A DNA stretch of 38,235 nt from a virus (IMGVR_UViG_2563366949_000011), one strand, 5' to 3'. Shown: positions 9,079-20,798, numbered from the stretch's first letter. Numbers and translations are program-made. Notes: a model not told the origin generated them from the sequence alone.

Positions 9079-10526
9079 TCCACCGTAAATTGAATGCCTG
9101 ATTTTGACGTGTAGCTACCTCCTGCTGATTGCTGAGTAGCTGGCTGTTGCCTTGATGATTTCTTCCCGCCATTACCAACATTAACGTTATATTGCTGGTT
9201 GTAATTGTCGGTATATTGCTGAATGTCGCGCATTGATTGTTGCAGCGCTTCAGGACTTGAGAAATCAGGCTTTGGCATACCCTGAAAATACCTATTGGCC
9301 TCTGCTTCGGTGTTGATGCCAGATGCCCCCATATCTCGGGCTGCTGCAATCCCCTGATTTTGCATTTTGCCCATGATTCGCTGTGCAGCGTTGTATAGCC
9401 TCCTCTCCTCAACACCAGATGCCCTGCTACGAATATCTGCACCAAGAGCAAAAGAACCTGAAGAACCTGTAATACCTGTCATGAAGCCAAGATCGTCAAT
9501 TGATGCGCCAGAAATTGCATCAAGATCTTTCTTCATTTCGTAATTCTGTGCATTAGCTGCCGATGTAGCCGGAGCAGCAATAGAACTGGCGGGGACGCGA
9601 ATCATATTGCCCTCGTTGTCTATTCCTTCGTAGAACGCATTAGCACCAGCGCCGTGAAGCTTCCTACCAACCGTTACCGTTCTGCCATCTGCCAGTTGCA
9701 CAACATTCTCCCCGCCAGCATCAGGACGACCTCGAACACGAAGATATGTCTTTTGTTGCTCTGGAGACAGGCTGTTGAAATATTGATATTCTTTAACAGA
9801 TGCAGGAACAGCACCTCCAGCAGTGCGCAGGGAGTTTTCACGGCTAACAGCAATGCTTTGCGCCTTTAAACCTTCCCCAGCTTTATTGCTGCGAATCGTC
9901 TCTGCCAACTTGCCACGCTCAATATCCCGACCTTCCATTTGATCTTTGATATCGAAATACTTCTCATGACCGAGAGAAAATAGTGCCAGATTACCTGCGA
10001 AGTGCTGGAAGCCCTGCGGGTCATTAACCTGCATTTCCGCAATAGTTTCTGGAGGGATACCTAAACGACGCATATCCTTTTCGTTATCCATCATGAACCT
10101 GCCAAATGCACCCGGACCAAGCGACGAAGCGACCTGAGCCTTAAGCGCCAGATTGCCAAAATCATCCCGCTGGGCGTCATCGACATACCCCATGCCTTTA
10201 CGGACTTCCTCAAACTCTTCGGGGAATGCTGTAATAAGATTACGCATCTGCTCCCTGTCGCCGGACGCATAAGCATCCGCATAACCTTTCTGGAATGCCG
10301 CTTTACGCTCCTGCTTTTGCTGCTGCTTATAAATATCAGCAACTCCAGCCAGACCACGAAGACCTGTCAGAGCAACGTTATTTGCACCTGATCGAGCCAG
10401 TTCATTGTTTTCGCGGATCAGACCAAGCGTTGCGTTAATGTCGCTTGCCTTTGGCGCATTCTCATTTTGCGTACCGATGCCAGCCAGAAACCCACCAGAA
10501 TTAATACCCTGTTGCCACGTAGCCAT
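9075..10526 (-). CDS. Ejection protein, P22 gp20-like
   Basis: 483 aa ORF, start overlaps the upstream stop; position and size as P22 gene 20. Confidence 0.75.
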   Translation of the reverse strand: MATWQQGINSGGFLAGIGTQNENAPKASDINATLGLIRENNELARSGANNVALTGLRGLAGVADIYKQQQKQERKAAFQKGYADAYASGDREQMRNLITAFPEEFEEVRKGMGYVDDAQRDDFGNLALKAQVASSLGPGAFGRFMMDNEKDMRRLGIPPETIAEMQVNDPQGFQHFAGNLALFSLGHEKYFDIKDQMEGRDIERGKLAETIRSNKAGEGLKAQSIAVSRENSLRTAGGAVPASVKEYQYFNSLSPEQQKTYLRVRGRPDAGGENVVQLADGRTVTVGRKLHGAGANAFYEGIDNEGNMIRVPASSIAAPATSAANAQNYEMKKDLDAISGASIDDLGFMTGITGSSGSFALGADIRSRASGVEERRLYNAAQRIMGKMQNQGIAAARDMGASGINTEAEANRYFQGMPKPDFSSPEALQQSMRDIQQYTDNYNQQYNVNVGNGGKKSSRQQPATQQSAGGSYTSKSGIQFTVE

Positions 10527-10536
10527 TGATTAACCC

Positions 10537-11229
10537 TTAAAACAGTGAACCAAGCAGACCAAGACCAGCACCAATACCAGCCCCCCACGGAGTTGATAGC
10601 TCGAGAGCACTGGCTATGCCACCACCCAAAAGCGCACCGGATGCAGCACCACTAACACCCTGCTGCAATGCTGACGGTCGGTTGGCGTTTGCCGCCGCCA
10701 GTGCTGCACTTTGCTGCGAAATCTGACTCATGTTGTTGGCATATGTCTGCCCGGCGTTTGCCTGACCTTGCAGTGCGCCAAGACCAATATTTGCCAGATT
10801 CTGGTAGTTGTTCATCTGACCAGACAGCCACTGCTGACCAAGCGTTGGTGCGATTGTTGCTAACTGATTACCGGTTGCAGTGGAACCCAATCCACCTGTT
10901 GCTTCCGCTGCCGCCAGACTCTGATAGCGAGCCTGACCAGCAAGATCTTTGTACTGCTGAGAGTTGTAATACTGGTTAAGTACCTGACCTTGCCCTTCCA
11001 GAGACGATAAGTTCTCGAGGCTGCCGACATACTTATCAGCCAGAGGAGTAAACGGCTTCAGGTTGTTCATGATGGTGTTGAACTGCTGATTTTGCAGGTC
11101 TGCTGCATACTTCTGAGCTTCTGCGGCATACTTTGCGCTTTTATCAGAACTGCCACCTTTCCCACCCTTTTCAGGGCAATAAGGTTCCTCGCCGCGCAGT
11201 TTTCTGCCCAGCGTAAATGCATATAACAT
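10537..11229 (-). CDS. Ejection protein, P22 gp7-like
   Basis: 230 aa, Gln/Ala/Gly-rich with a hydrophobic Gly-rich C-terminus; size and position as P22 gene 7. Confidence 0.7.
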   Translation of the reverse strand: MLYAFTLGRKLRGEEPYCPEKGGKGGSSDKSAKYAAEAQKYAADLQNQQFNTIMNNLKPFTPLADKYVGSLENLSSLEGQGQVLNQYYNSQQYKDLAGQARYQSLAAAEATGGLGSTATGNQLATIAPTLGQQWLSGQMNNYQNLANIGLGALQGQANAGQTYANNMSQISQQSAALAAANANRPSALQQGVSGAASGALLGGGIASALELSTPWGAGIGAGLGLLGSLF

Positions 11230-11231
11230 GG

Positions 11232-11687
11232 CTATCTCCCGTGATTCAGGAAGTCGATTAGTTCTTCGCGTGTGGCGCTGTAAAACGTCACGTCATCCAC
11301 GCCTTTGAAGTATTTCTTGATGGTTCCTACACGCTTAAGGCCAATCATTGCGCAGTACATCTGCCCGTGGCGGAATTTGCGTGCAGCAAATGATGTGACG
11401 CACTGAACGGTGGTGTTGGTCAGAATGTATCGCCAGAACGCCAGCCCTATTTCCTTGCTGAAGCCGCGAATCTCTGGCAGGTACATGGCGTGGCAATCGA
11501 ATGTAAGCGGCTGAATCTCCTGATAGTAAACAATGCCGCCGAACTGACCGTGCACGTTAACCTCAAAGTAACGGCATTCAGGTTTGTAGTCGTATCCATC
11601 ACCGTTGTTGCTCCCGGCGATAATGTCAGGGTGATTTCCTACGGCTTCTATCAGGTCGATGTTTCGCGTTGGTTTGAATGTAATCAT
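11232..11687 (-). CDS. Head assembly protein, P22 gp14-like
   Basis: 151 aa ORF between the gp7-like and tail-needle genes, as P22 gene 14. Confidence 0.65.
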   Translation of the reverse strand: MITFKPTRNIDLIEAVGNHPDIIAGSNNGDGYDYKPECRYFEVNVHGQFGGIVYYQEIQPLTFDCHAMYLPEIRGFSKEIGLAFWRYILTNTTVQCVTSFAARKFRHGQMYCAMIGLKRVGTIKKYFKGVDDVTFYSATREELIDFLNHGR

Positions 11688-12388
11688 CAGTCAATCAGCC
11701 CATGTAATCTAAGTGCTGTTTCAAGCGCCAGAATACGCTGCCGCGCCTGCTCCAAACCTGTAGCGAGAGCTGCGACTTCGGATTGTGTGTACGTAGTGCC
11801 GACCGTGTATGACTGGTTAGCGTTGAATGAACCAAGAAGTGGCGTACCTGTGGCTGCAGTCCATCCGCTCTGCCTTGCTCCAACGACCTGAATTCCATCA
11901 ACTGAATATGATGTTTTTACATCCAGCGGTGACGCAAGAGACTGCAATTCGGTTACGGTTTTCGATACGTAATCACTCTTAATGCCAGAGACATCGTTTT
12001 CTACGTCATCCAGTCTTTGGTCAACAGTGACCAGATGCGCCTGAATATCGATAACCTCATCCAGCAAGTAATCAACATCGCTACGCAGTACGACTATCTT
12101 CCCTTCGGCAGTTGTTAACCTGACCTCAAGTAGATTTATCGCTTTTGTGTTTGCGGTGATTCTTGCGTCGTGATCAGCCAGTTCGACATCCTGTTCATCG
12201 TTTTTTACCTGGGCATCGTAAGCGCCCTGACCAGCCTGATTTGCCTTCCCGGCAATTGCGCCGACATCAGCCCCCTGATTAATGACATACAGCAGGTAAG
12301 ACTGGCTGAATATATTGCGTGGAAGGATTGATGTATCGAGTCGTGTAGCCTGAATTGTTACCGGCTCATTGAGATTCGAATCAGCCAT
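11687..12388 (-). CDS. Tail needle protein, P22 gp26-like
   Basis: 233 aa; N-terminus [36 protein letters not shown] and C-terminal ...LHGLID match my recollection of P22 gp26. Confidence 0.85.
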   Translation of the reverse strand: MADSNLNEPVTIQATRLDTSILPRNIFSQSYLLYVINQGADVGAIAGKANQAGQGAYDAQVKNDEQDVELADHDARITANTKAINLLEVRLTTAEGKIVVLRSDVDYLLDEVIDIQAHLVTVDQRLDDVENDVSGIKSDYVSKTVTELQSLASPLDVKTSYSVDGIQVVGARQSGWTAATGTPLLGSFNANQSYTVGTTYTQSEVAALATGLEQARQRILALETALRLHGLID

Positions 12389-13806
12389 TACTCAATCCTT
12401 ATCTGGCAACCAGACAGAGTGACAGGTGACTTCGTGATAACGCGCAATTTGAAGCCGACATTTTTCCTGATGCGCCCTACTCGCTTCCACAAAACACGTT
12501 TGTCGTAAACGAACGGTTCATTCTGCTCAATCATCTGCTCACGCCCGTAATTGATGCCGTCAGTGGTTGCAGAGAGAAAAAGGCGGTCAGCATACTGCGC
12601 AACGCCAGTTGACGACTCAACCTCAAGGTCGAAAACTCTGGCGTTATCCGCTTTGAACAACGGAGTAAACAGCAGGTGTTCCTGTTGCCTGTCGTACTGG
12701 CTGCTGATATCGAACTGCAATTTCCCTGTCATCGATTCAAGCTTATCGCCGCACGTAATTTGGTTGCCTTCGTAAATGAAGTCGATAGCGCGGTACACAT
12801 CGTCATACAGGCCTGTTTTCAGTACACACCATTGCGGACCATTGGCGCTTGAAGATGCGTCGTACACGAGGACGTGGCGCGGCAGGTGAATAATCAGCAA
12901 CTCATGAGCATCAAACCGCAACGATTCCATCACGCCATCAGCCAGTTCATCAGCAGTGTAGGAGCGGAGGATTTTCTCAATGCTCGCGCTGGCTATTGGT
13001 GATACCTGACCGGAGCCGATGATGTATACAGAAGGCGCGCCTGTTGCCGGATTGCTGATGAACGCATACGAATCAGCAAACGGCGTTTTGCAGTAAGTCC
13101 CGGCAATACCTTTCTGCACCATCAGCGATGGCTGTGCGACATACAAAGCGGCACCAACAGTGGTTGCACCAGTCATGGAGAAATATTCAATCGTTGATGA
13201 ACCAAAGCAGACAATGAAGTCTCGCCATGTTCCGATGCCGATAATGCCGTCAGGCTGCGATTCTGCGCGATATTGTGCGCTGTATCGGTCAGGGTGCGAT
13301 TCGTCTTCAAGGTCAGTAATAAACCATGAATCCGTGCCGTCTTTTGACCACGCATAACGCCCACGTAAGCGTGTAATGTCGCGGACTGAACCTAACTCAT
13401 ACTGCGTAAATCCGCTGTCTGCAGGCCAGTTTGAGACGGTTTTAACCGTGCCATCATAGCGATACTCAACCAGTTGACCATTAACGCCTACAGCCTGAGA
13501 TGTTCGACCATGCGCCATTGATACACGACCACTTCCGGCAACATCACCGACTTCACTTTCTCCTTTGTACAGCTTGCCGCCACACACGCGATAAACAGCA
13601 TTCTGCGCCATGTTGTACTCAACTCCGCGCGATACACCGTTTACATCAGAGCGTTTGGCAATGCCCGGGAATGAGCGAAGATATCCGCTGCTGTTAAGGA
13701 TTTCTTTGGGTGTAGCCAACATATTCACTGGCAGATAGTCGATATAGTCGGCGTTTCTAAAGTCTTTGCCGACACCTTTCATAAGCGGAAGTTGCTGAAT
13801 CGGCAT
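12388..13806 (-). CDS. Tail accessory / head completion protein, P22 gp10-like
   Basis: 472 aa, same length and position as P22 gene 10. Confidence 0.8.
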   Translation of the reverse strand: MPIQQLPLMKGVGKDFRNADYIDYLPVNMLATPKEILNSSGYLRSFPGIAKRSDVNGVSRGVEYNMAQNAVYRVCGGKLYKGESEVGDVAGSGRVSMAHGRTSQAVGVNGQLVEYRYDGTVKTVSNWPADSGFTQYELGSVRDITRLRGRYAWSKDGTDSWFITDLEDESHPDRYSAQYRAESQPDGIIGIGTWRDFIVCFGSSTIEYFSMTGATTVGAALYVAQPSLMVQKGIAGTYCKTPFADSYAFISNPATGAPSVYIIGSGQVSPIASASIEKILRSYTADELADGVMESLRFDAHELLIIHLPRHVLVYDASSSANGPQWCVLKTGLYDDVYRAIDFIYEGNQITCGDKLESMTGKLQFDISSQYDRQQEHLLFTPLFKADNARVFDLEVESSTGVAQYADRLFLSATTDGINYGREQMIEQNEPFVYDKRVLWKRVGRIRKNVGFKLRVITKSPVTLSGCQIRIE

Positions 13807-13815
13807 TTATTCACC

Positions 13816-14277
13816 TCACGTACTCGGATCATCTTTCTCGATGTAAAACCGATTCCACGTAAACGCGCTTTTGTTACCATTACCGCGAGGCATGTCATTT
13901 CGCCGCTCAAGTGGTGGTATTTTGGTTAAAGCGATACAGATTGTTTGATATGCACTGTCAGCAGCGGTAAGGAGAGCGTCTGACGGCTGAATGACGTTAT
14001 CCATGCACACTTGCACAGCGAGTTTCAAAGCGACGCCATCATTTGCCCATGCAGGGATGCCTGAATCATCGTCAGGTAACGGCATGATGCCGTTTTCTGT
14101 ATCAGCAAACTGATACCCAAGCTCGATACCTTTCGCCTGCCATGCTGCCATCATGTCTTCGAGGTCATTAATGGCATCTTCAATTGCCTGAGGGTCAGCA
14201 TCTGTCAACGTGGCATTGGAATACAGCCCAGCTTTTCGTAAAGCCTTTAGAACGAGATCACCCTTCGTTTTCGCCAT
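13816..14277 (-). CDS. Tail accessory / head completion protein, P22 gp4-like
   Basis: 153 aa; N-terminus MAKTKGDLVLKALRKAGLYSNATLTDADPQAIEDAINDLE resembles P22 gp4. Confidence 0.8.
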   Translation of the reverse strand: MAKTKGDLVLKALRKAGLYSNATLTDADPQAIEDAINDLEDMMAAWQAKGIELGYQFADTENGIMPLPDDDSGIPAWANDGVALKLAVQVCMDNVIQPSDALLTAADSAYQTICIALTKIPPLERRNDMPRGNGNKSAFTWNRFYIEKDDPST

Positions 14278-14446
14278 CTTCTTCCGCCTTAGCCACTTTT
14301 TGCTTCGTTGCGGTTTCTTCAGGAGTTTTTACCCAACCTTTTTTCAGGTGAGATTTAACTTCTTCGTCATCAACAATGATGTAATCGACAGCAAACTGAC
14401 CGCAGGTGATCATGTTGCCTGGCTTATAGAGCATTGTTCGTGCCAT
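14258..14446 (-). CDS. Small hypothetical protein between coat and gp4-like genes
   Basis: 62 aa from ATG 14446 (MARTMLYKPGN...); the ORF-track start further upstream would overlap the coat stop. Acidic C-terminus. Confidence 0.4.
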   Translation of the reverse strand: MARTMLYKPGNMITCGQFAVDYIIVDDEEVKSHLKKGWVKTPEETATKQKVAKAEEDGENEG

Positions 14447-14487
14447 TGTCTTCTCCCAATAAAAATGGGGCCGAAGCCCCACCAAAA

Positions 14488-15741
14488 TTACTGCCCAGCA
14501 ATAACGATGCCCGTATATTCAGGAACCAGTACAGAGCAACCGTACAGAGTGGTGAAACGCGCAGTGGTTACGCCTTTGATGTGGTCGAAGGAGTAAGACA
14601 TGATCAGCGTAGCGCCCTGCTCGGTGGTTGCTGTCATTACCTGTGGACCCTGACCAGTTGGGAACGCCAGTTTGCCGTACATCAGTTCAACAGAACCATC
14701 AGCCCAGAACAGGTTAGCAGGTGCTGCGTTCTTGTTGAGAATGGTGATTGCTGCTGATTCTGCCGGTTTGGCATCGACGTTTGCATATGGACGACTCGCA
14801 ACATCAGTATTTTCAACAGGGAGAATCTTTGGAGAAATTGTTACGGTAGTTCCGCTAACAGCCAGAACACGGAATACCTGCGGTTGACCGGTGGTATCTT
14901 TTGTGATCTGGTGTACGGAATTCACACCGGCAATGGTGAACGCATCACCAACCTGCAAGCCAGATGCAGATACCGTAATAGTCCCCTGTCGGTTATCAAC
15001 TGGCATACCATTTGAATCTTTCGCTTCAACCTTGTGTTCAGGTTGGCCTGATACTGTCAAGGATTCAGTGCTTCCTTTCGGTAATCGACCAGAAATATCG
15101 GTCTTGTAGCTATCAAAGGAAGCAACCGGAGGGATCTGCGCTTTTTCGTATGCTGTCAGGGTTGCGCCCTGAGCGTAGGCTCGGTGACCAAGCTCGCCAG
15201 CAAGGTCTTTGTAGTTGAAGGGGTTCCAAAAAGAGCGGCGGTTGATACCCTGTGGCACACCAATCGCCGTCATGGTGGCATCAATACCTGCCGCACAGTT
15301 CCACAAATCACGGCCCTGTGTACCTGCGGTTGAGTCAGCCATCGTGATCACGTTAGTAGCACGCTGCGTGACCATGGAAATCAGGTCAGAGTCAATCTGT
15401 GCAGCAAGGCGCATACCTGCGGCGCGACCAGCTTCAGTTTTATGTTCCGGATCACGCATTTCACGCGCATCCAGAGTGTACAGAATGTTTTTCGGCTCCT
15501 TGAACACTGAAGGAACAAGGCGCTGAACCAGTGCTGTTGGCGTTTTGCTGCTGAGGTCGAGGCCTTCCTCAATATTCATGTGGTAATGCTGCGGACGATA
15601 CAGAACATCACCTGCTCGCTGCATTGCTGTATCACCGGGACGGAATTTTTTAGCGTTACGGGAAACTACGCAGGCGGCCTCAAAGCCTTCAACGTAGTTT
15701 TCGAACATGATTTCAAGGTCTTTTGCTAATTGGTTAGCCAT
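14488..15741 (-). CDS. Major coat protein (P22 gp5 family)
   Basis: 417 aa ORF immediately downstream of the scaffold gene in the portal-scaffold-coat order. Confidence 0.85.
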   Translation of the reverse strand: MANQLAKDLEIMFENYVEGFEAACVVSRNAKKFRPGDTAMQRAGDVLYRPQHYHMNIEEGLDLSSKTPTALVQRLVPSVFKEPKNILYTLDAREMRDPEHKTEAGRAAGMRLAAQIDSDLISMVTQRATNVITMADSTAGTQGRDLWNCAAGIDATMTAIGVPQGINRRSFWNPFNYKDLAGELGHRAYAQGATLTAYEKAQIPPVASFDSYKTDISGRLPKGSTESLTVSGQPEHKVEAKDSNGMPVDNRQGTITVSASGLQVGDAFTIAGVNSVHQITKDTTGQPQVFRVLAVSGTTVTISPKILPVENTDVASRPYANVDAKPAESAAITILNKNAAPANLFWADGSVELMYGKLAFPTGQGPQVMTATTEQGATLIMSYSFDHIKGVTTARFTTLYGCSVLVPEYTGIVIAGQ

Positions 15742-15759
15742 GCTTAATGCTCCAATAGG

Positions 15760-16653
15760 TTATTTTTTTGCCTTTTTAGCGGCGAAATACGGCGTCCAGT
15801 CACCAGTTTCCAGCGCCTTGGCTTTCAATTTGTCGAGGTTGTTGATTACTGCGCCGTTGCTCCCCTTAACCGTCGGGGTTGTGGCTGCCGTGGTTTTTGC
15901 TTTTGGCATGATTCTGGCCTTCGATTCGATACGTTCCAGCAGACGACCAATTGCTACGGGGTTGGTAGCTTCTGCCAGTTGCTTGCGCAGTTCAGCGTTG
16001 CGACCAAGCGCCAGAACAACGATTTCCGGCTTCTCTGACTCAAACAGGATCGCGTTTTGTGTCTCGATGGGGATTTCCTCGAGTACGGCCTGCTCAGCTT
16101 CCTGATAGCCAGGAACTTTGAGAGCCTTAACACGTTGCTGATATTTGGATAATCGCTCTTGATAGGCAGCCTGAAGCTCCTGCTCCTTCTGCTTGCGAGC
16201 CATCTCCTGTTGCTGGTACTTGCCATTATCCTCTGCCCACTTAGCCATGCGTTGCTGGTAGATTTCTTCATCGAAACCGATGTCCTCATCATCCAGTTTT
16301 GGCATTCGCGGTGGTTGAGTGATTACCGGCTGCTGCTCGACGGGTTTCTGAGACTGACGCATCAGCTCTTTCAGCTCGCGGTCTTTCTCTTTAATCGTCT
16401 TGCGCAGGTGTTTTACCAGTCCATGCTCAGCGCCATCTTCGCTGGTTGGCGAATCCAGCTTTTCGTCACCAAAGTAGAATTCCTGTTCTGATTCGTCGTC
16501 ATCAGTTTCAGTAGCCTCCTCTGCATCATTGCCTGAGGACTCACTGCCATCTTCTGTTTCGACTTTTTCAGCCAGTTCGACATCATCAGGAATCTGCTCT
16601 GACGCGTCGGTTTCGATTTCAACTTCTGGTGTGTTTTCTGCCATCTGGTCCAT
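15760..16653 (-). CDS. Scaffolding protein (P22 gp8-like)
   Basis: 297 aa, very acidic N-terminus, Glu/Lys/Gln-rich helical middle and basic C-terminus; between portal and coat genes. Confidence 0.85.
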   Translation of the reverse strand: MDQMAENTPEVEIETDASEQIPDDVELAEKVETEDGSESSGNDAEEATETDDDESEQEFYFGDEKLDSPTSEDGAEHGLVKHLRKTIKEKDRELKELMRQSQKPVEQQPVITQPPRMPKLDDEDIGFDEEIYQQRMAKWAEDNGKYQQQEMARKQKEQELQAAYQERLSKYQQRVKALKVPGYQEAEQAVLEEIPIETQNAILFESEKPEIVVLALGRNAELRKQLAEATNPVAIGRLLERIESKARIMPKAKTTAATTPTVKGSNGAVINNLDKLKAKALETGDWTPYFAAKKAKK

Positions 16654-16743
16654 TTGTTACCCCTGTTTACTCGATGTTCAGCCCATCGGAAGGCAATAGG
16701 GTGCCAGGCCTCATAAAGACAGCCATTGCACGTTATGGGTTAA

Positions 16744-18942
16744 TTACTGCTGTGGTTGTTGCTGAGTTGATTTTTGCAGGATGCTGCTGATGTCCATGCG
16801 CTGCGCATGGCCCTGTGCCTGACTTTTCAGGACAAGCTCTGCATCAGCACGGGCATTGTCTCCTTGCTGTTGCTGGAACTGTCCGAGCAGTTTCAGAGCC
16901 TCGCGGATATCAGATTTCTGCTGGCTATCGGCAGATGCGAGGATTTTCACAACATTTGCCGCTGCAACCTGAGCATCAGTCTGTGCCTGGAATGCTTTAA
17001 CCTGAATGGCTGCCTGCTCGTTCTGCGCTTTCTGCAATTCAGCCTGACCAGCAAGAAGCTGACCTTGCGCAGCAACCATAGCCGGATCTGGCTGACTGGC
17101 CTGTTGTTGTTTCGCCTGCTCAACCATCTGCTGTTCTTCTGGCGTTCTCGGCTTGATAACTCCAGACAGAAGCAACTGATTGCGGTTGTATTCTTTAAGG
17201 TCGTCCATCCCTTCGCCGTCCATATTGTCGAGGATCATCGACGATACAAGGTCGTGTTTCGGCGTTCCGGGCGGGATAAGTGCCAGCATGGAAAGTAACG
17301 ACTTAACCGTTGCGTCACGGCGAGTAGCGAACGACTGACCGACATCGACAGTCACTTCATAGTTACCCTGCGAAAGGTCGTTAAGCGCGATAACCTGCCC
17401 TGTCTGACGGTCAACCACTTCACCAGTCATCAGCGCCACGTCATCGCTGCCATCCTCATTAACGATGCGCATTGGCGTATCGCTGCCATAGACTTCACGA
17501 GCCATAGAAAGCCACACGACGCCAGCACGGCGCATGGATTTAGCCATGTTGTCCATGTAGATATAGGACTGCGTGTCCATCCGGTTAAAGATGCTATCAA
17601 CGGTATCGGTAGCGACGTTGCTCGGCATGTTCTCAAGCTGCGACGCACCTGTAATTTGCTGAATAGCCGTTCCGGTGTACTGCAATAGCCCGGCAAGAGC
17701 TGGCGGCATTTGTGTCGGAGGTGTCCAGCCAGCAACCTGAGCTTCTGAAATGACTGTTCCGTTTTTGTCCTTCTTGCTGGTCATAGGAAGAACTGCAGGT
17801 CTTTTCTTATTCCTCTCTGCCCAGTGATTCATTAATGGGCCGGGAATGAAATCAACATCCACGATAGGAATGCCATCACCGCCAGCCTGAGTGGCGTTAT
17901 CTGCAATCATGGAAACCATCAGGTTCTCAAGACGCTGTGCATCCATCGCTTTTGCTGCGTGGCCTTCGATTCGCTCCTGATTATCAACAAATGAGCGACG
18001 CCCATATACCGGGATGAGTGGAATATGTTCGCCCGGAATACGCTTCGGTTCTTCCAGCCATTCAGCGCCAGACAGAAGGCCGCAATAAACGCGGCGTTTC
18101 TTCACCGTTCGCTCACCAATCAGTTCGAATGCGCCATCGGTTAGCTCGTCGACAATATCTTTGATTTGATCTTCATCATAGATTGCCGTTTCTCCGCTAA
18201 CAGGGTTGCGCCACGCCGTGAGCTTCACCTTCTCTATGCGGACTTCGTAGTAACGTCCAACATAGATGGCATCTGGCGTTGACCAGTCATATTGAGTGCC
18301 AGTGTCATCACGAGAAAGGCTTGCCGCGATGGAATCAGGGTATTCAGCCTCGAACGCTTTAGGCGTCATGGAGAACATTTCCATAGCCCACATAGCATCA
18401 GAGCGGTCATATTGCTTGCTGTCCTGATCAAAGAAGACGCATGTCGCTGGGTCGTAAACAGGAAGAAGGCTGATGCGGCGCTGCTCGTTACTCGGATCCA
18501 TTTCATCTTCGTAATCGGCACACATGCGGAAACAACCGAATCCACCCGTTACGGCATCATCAAATGCGTTATCACACGCTTCGCCACCGGATGTTTCCTG
18601 ATAGTCAGCGCGGAATTTGCCGTTCATTTTTTCGGCTAAAGCTTCCGATGCCTTGTCATCCTTCGGCCTGAATTTAACGCTGATGCGATTCTGTCGATAC
18701 TCGCCAATGATGCGATCACATTCACGGGAAATCTTATTCAGTTCAAAACGCGGATAATGCTCAAACCTGCCTTCATCAAATGAGTAACCAGCGTTTGTGC
18801 TGCCTTCCCACTGTGCGCCGGACACCCGGACGAAACGCTGAGCCTCAATAATCTGCTCACGCATATCCTGCGTTGCTGACCAGGCATTATCAAAGTTGCA
18901 CAGCACCTTGCGATGCCAGTCAGTCATCTTTTTTTCTGCCAT
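16744..18942 (-). CDS. Portal protein (P22 gp1-like)
   Basis: 732 aa with a Gln-rich C-terminal extension typical of P22-like portals; directly downstream of the large terminase gene. Confidence 0.9.
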   Translation of the reverse strand: MAEKKMTDWHRKVLCNFDNAWSATQDMREQIIEAQRFVRVSGAQWEGSTNAGYSFDEGRFEHYPRFELNKISRECDRIIGEYRQNRISVKFRPKDDKASEALAEKMNGKFRADYQETSGGEACDNAFDDAVTGGFGCFRMCADYEDEMDPSNEQRRISLLPVYDPATCVFFDQDSKQYDRSDAMWAMEMFSMTPKAFEAEYPDSIAASLSRDDTGTQYDWSTPDAIYVGRYYEVRIEKVKLTAWRNPVSGETAIYDEDQIKDIVDELTDGAFELIGERTVKKRRVYCGLLSGAEWLEEPKRIPGEHIPLIPVYGRRSFVDNQERIEGHAAKAMDAQRLENLMVSMIADNATQAGGDGIPIVDVDFIPGPLMNHWAERNKKRPAVLPMTSKKDKNGTVISEAQVAGWTPPTQMPPALAGLLQYTGTAIQQITGASQLENMPSNVATDTVDSIFNRMDTQSYIYMDNMAKSMRRAGVVWLSMAREVYGSDTPMRIVNEDGSDDVALMTGEVVDRQTGQVIALNDLSQGNYEVTVDVGQSFATRRDATVKSLLSMLALIPPGTPKHDLVSSMILDNMDGEGMDDLKEYNRNQLLLSGVIKPRTPEEQQMVEQAKQQQASQPDPAMVAAQGQLLAGQAELQKAQNEQAAIQVKAFQAQTDAQVAAANVVKILASADSQQKSDIREALKLLGQFQQQQGDNARADAELVLKSQAQGHAQRMDISSILQKSTQQQPQQ

Positions 18943-18943
18943 A

Positions 18944-20359
18944 TCAACCTACACCACAAGGAATTGAGTAACTGGAATAGTCGGGTTGCGCAGCCGACTC
19001 CGGGCAATGCATACACATCATCAGCGCATCAGCCAGGTTAGGAGATGGAATACCGAGCTTCTGCTTCATTTCGACCTTAGTCATTAGCTCCAGCTTCCCG
19101 TTGTTATTGAATTTGCGCTGAATCTGCGTCAATTCTGCAAACAGCTTCTCCAGCATCTTCTCGCCTATCGCTTCTTTGTCGAAGCTCAGCATGTCGTCGG
19201 GGTCTGCATACTCACCGTAGACAACCGCCCGATATGTCAGATACAGCCTGTCAGCCAGCGCGTAATAGAATTGTGCTCGCTTATTGCGGAACACATCGCC
19301 AATAGTGCGAACGTTGTCACCCTGTACGACTTCATCAGCCCATGCTCCGGCTTGATACGGTGCATCTTCATCGAATGGCGATTCGCTGCCCTTGAACATC
19401 GTGGCGGTGATTTTCTTGCCGGAAAACGCTTCCGTTGTCTGTCTGCGTAGCCCGGCACCAACACCATCACCATCCCACAGGTAATGGTCAGCGCCGTCTT
19501 CAATCGCCAGCGAAGTAGCCCAGTCAGCACCCTCGTTGATGTCCATCAGCAGACCTTCGGCAATGCGCTTAACTACCGAACCGTGACGCGATGCATAACC
19601 TTTAGCATCTGGCCCTGTATCTGATGGGTCATGCGCAGAGACAACAGCGCCTTTCGCTTTCCATCCGAGTTTCTTGTGCGCATCGGTTGCGGCTTCAAGC
19701 CATTCACGTTTGATAATTGCCATATCACTTGCGCTCACTGGCTCACCAAGCCAGATGTGACGATACAGTGTCGGATTTCTGCGTTTACACTCTTCCATCT
19801 CCAGACGGAGAACTTCAGGAAAGTGCGGGTTGTCGGTGTAGTTCACCGTCAACAGGCAAATATCATCAGGAGGATTTACGACGAATCGCTGATAGGTATC
19901 GTCGAGTATGTTCTTCGGGTTAAAGCTCACCCATATTTCAGAGAACGGCTTACGGATGGTTGGTATCAGGATATCCCATGATTCCTTCGTTACCGCTTCC
20001 GCTTCTTCCACCCAGCAGATATCAATACCTTCGAGCGATTTAATCTTCGTCGGGTTGTTTTTGATGCCGTAGAACATGAATTCAGCATTCGTTCCGAGAT
20101 GACGAATCATTGAACGCTGAATTTCAAACTCAGCCGAATATCCTTCACGCTCGATGGTGTCTTCAAGCAGCCGGATTACCGAATCGCTGATACTGTTTTG
20201 CAGTTCACGAGCGCAAAGAATACGCACTGGCTGACGACGCGCCGCTTCAACAAGCAGCCTCGCAATTGCCCATGATTTACCGCTACCTCGACCGCCTTTG
20301 GCGACTTTGTAGCGATGCGCCTCAATGAACGGTTCAAAGATAGGATTAATCGAGGTCAT
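18944..20359 (-). CDS. Terminase large subunit
   Basis: 471 aa; Walker A motif GGRGSGKS near the N-terminus; gene order TerS-TerL-portal. Confidence 0.9.
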   Translation of the reverse strand: MTSINPIFEPFIEAHRYKVAKGGRGSGKSWAIARLLVEAARRQPVRILCARELQNSISDSVIRLLEDTIEREGYSAEFEIQRSMIRHLGTNAEFMFYGIKNNPTKIKSLEGIDICWVEEAEAVTKESWDILIPTIRKPFSEIWVSFNPKNILDDTYQRFVVNPPDDICLLTVNYTDNPHFPEVLRLEMEECKRRNPTLYRHIWLGEPVSASDMAIIKREWLEAATDAHKKLGWKAKGAVVSAHDPSDTGPDAKGYASRHGSVVKRIAEGLLMDINEGADWATSLAIEDGADHYLWDGDGVGAGLRRQTTEAFSGKKITATMFKGSESPFDEDAPYQAGAWADEVVQGDNVRTIGDVFRNKRAQFYYALADRLYLTYRAVVYGEYADPDDMLSFDKEAIGEKMLEKLFAELTQIQRKFNNNGKLELMTKVEMKQKLGIPSPNLADALMMCMHCPESAAQPDYSSYSIPCGVG

Positions 20360-20796
20360 TTTCCGAACAGAGTGCTCATCGGTGATGTTTCAATCTGAAT
20401 TGCGCCGCCGTCTTTGCCTGTTAGCTCGTGATCAACCTTGTCGCGCCATTTATCCTTCTGTCGGTTCTTAAGCCAGAAGATGGCGGCAGTTGTATCAGGC
20501 GGGTAATACTTCTCAAGCGGAGTTTCGACAATTCTGTTTTCAATAACACGAATATCGATGTCTGGAGCCACGAAGCCCATAGCGCGTTGATAAAGACGGT
20601 CACTAACTTCTGCATCAGCGACGGCCTTACCCTTTTTTATGGACTCCGAAAACTCAGGATAATCAAGCTTCCACTTGTTAATAGTTGACTCACTGACTTC
20701 GAAGAAATCAGCAAGCTCTGCATCGGTGTAGCCCAGCAAGCACAGTTTGCGTGCCTGTTCGGCATACGCCTCTTGATACTTTGTTGGGCGCGCCAT
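20356..20796 (-). CDS. Terminase small subunit (Sf6 gp1-like)
   Basis: 146 aa; C-terminus GKDGGAIQIETSPMSTLFGK matches my recollection of the Sf6 small terminase; overlaps the TerL start. Confidence 0.8.
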   Translation of the reverse strand: MARPTKYQEAYAEQARKLCLLGYTDAELADFFEVSESTINKWKLDYPEFSESIKKGKAVADAEVSDRLYQRAMGFVAPDIDIRVIENRIVETPLEKYYPPDTTAAIFWLKNRQKDKWRDKVDHELTGKDGGAIQIETSPMSTLFGK

Positions 20797-20798
20797 GT

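Noticed and set aside
9053-9451. 132-aa minus-strand ORF overlapping the 3' end of the gp20-like gene
   Set aside because: Out-of-frame overlap with a well-supported structural gene; no independent support.
16774-17298. 174-aa plus-strand ORF inside the portal gene (and similar short ORFs throughout the structural module, e.g. 8276..8617, 10668..10979, 15707..16105, 18292..18639, 19631..19981)
   Set aside because: Embedded antisense or out of frame within long, well-supported minus-strand structural genes, with no RBS. Shadow ORFs.
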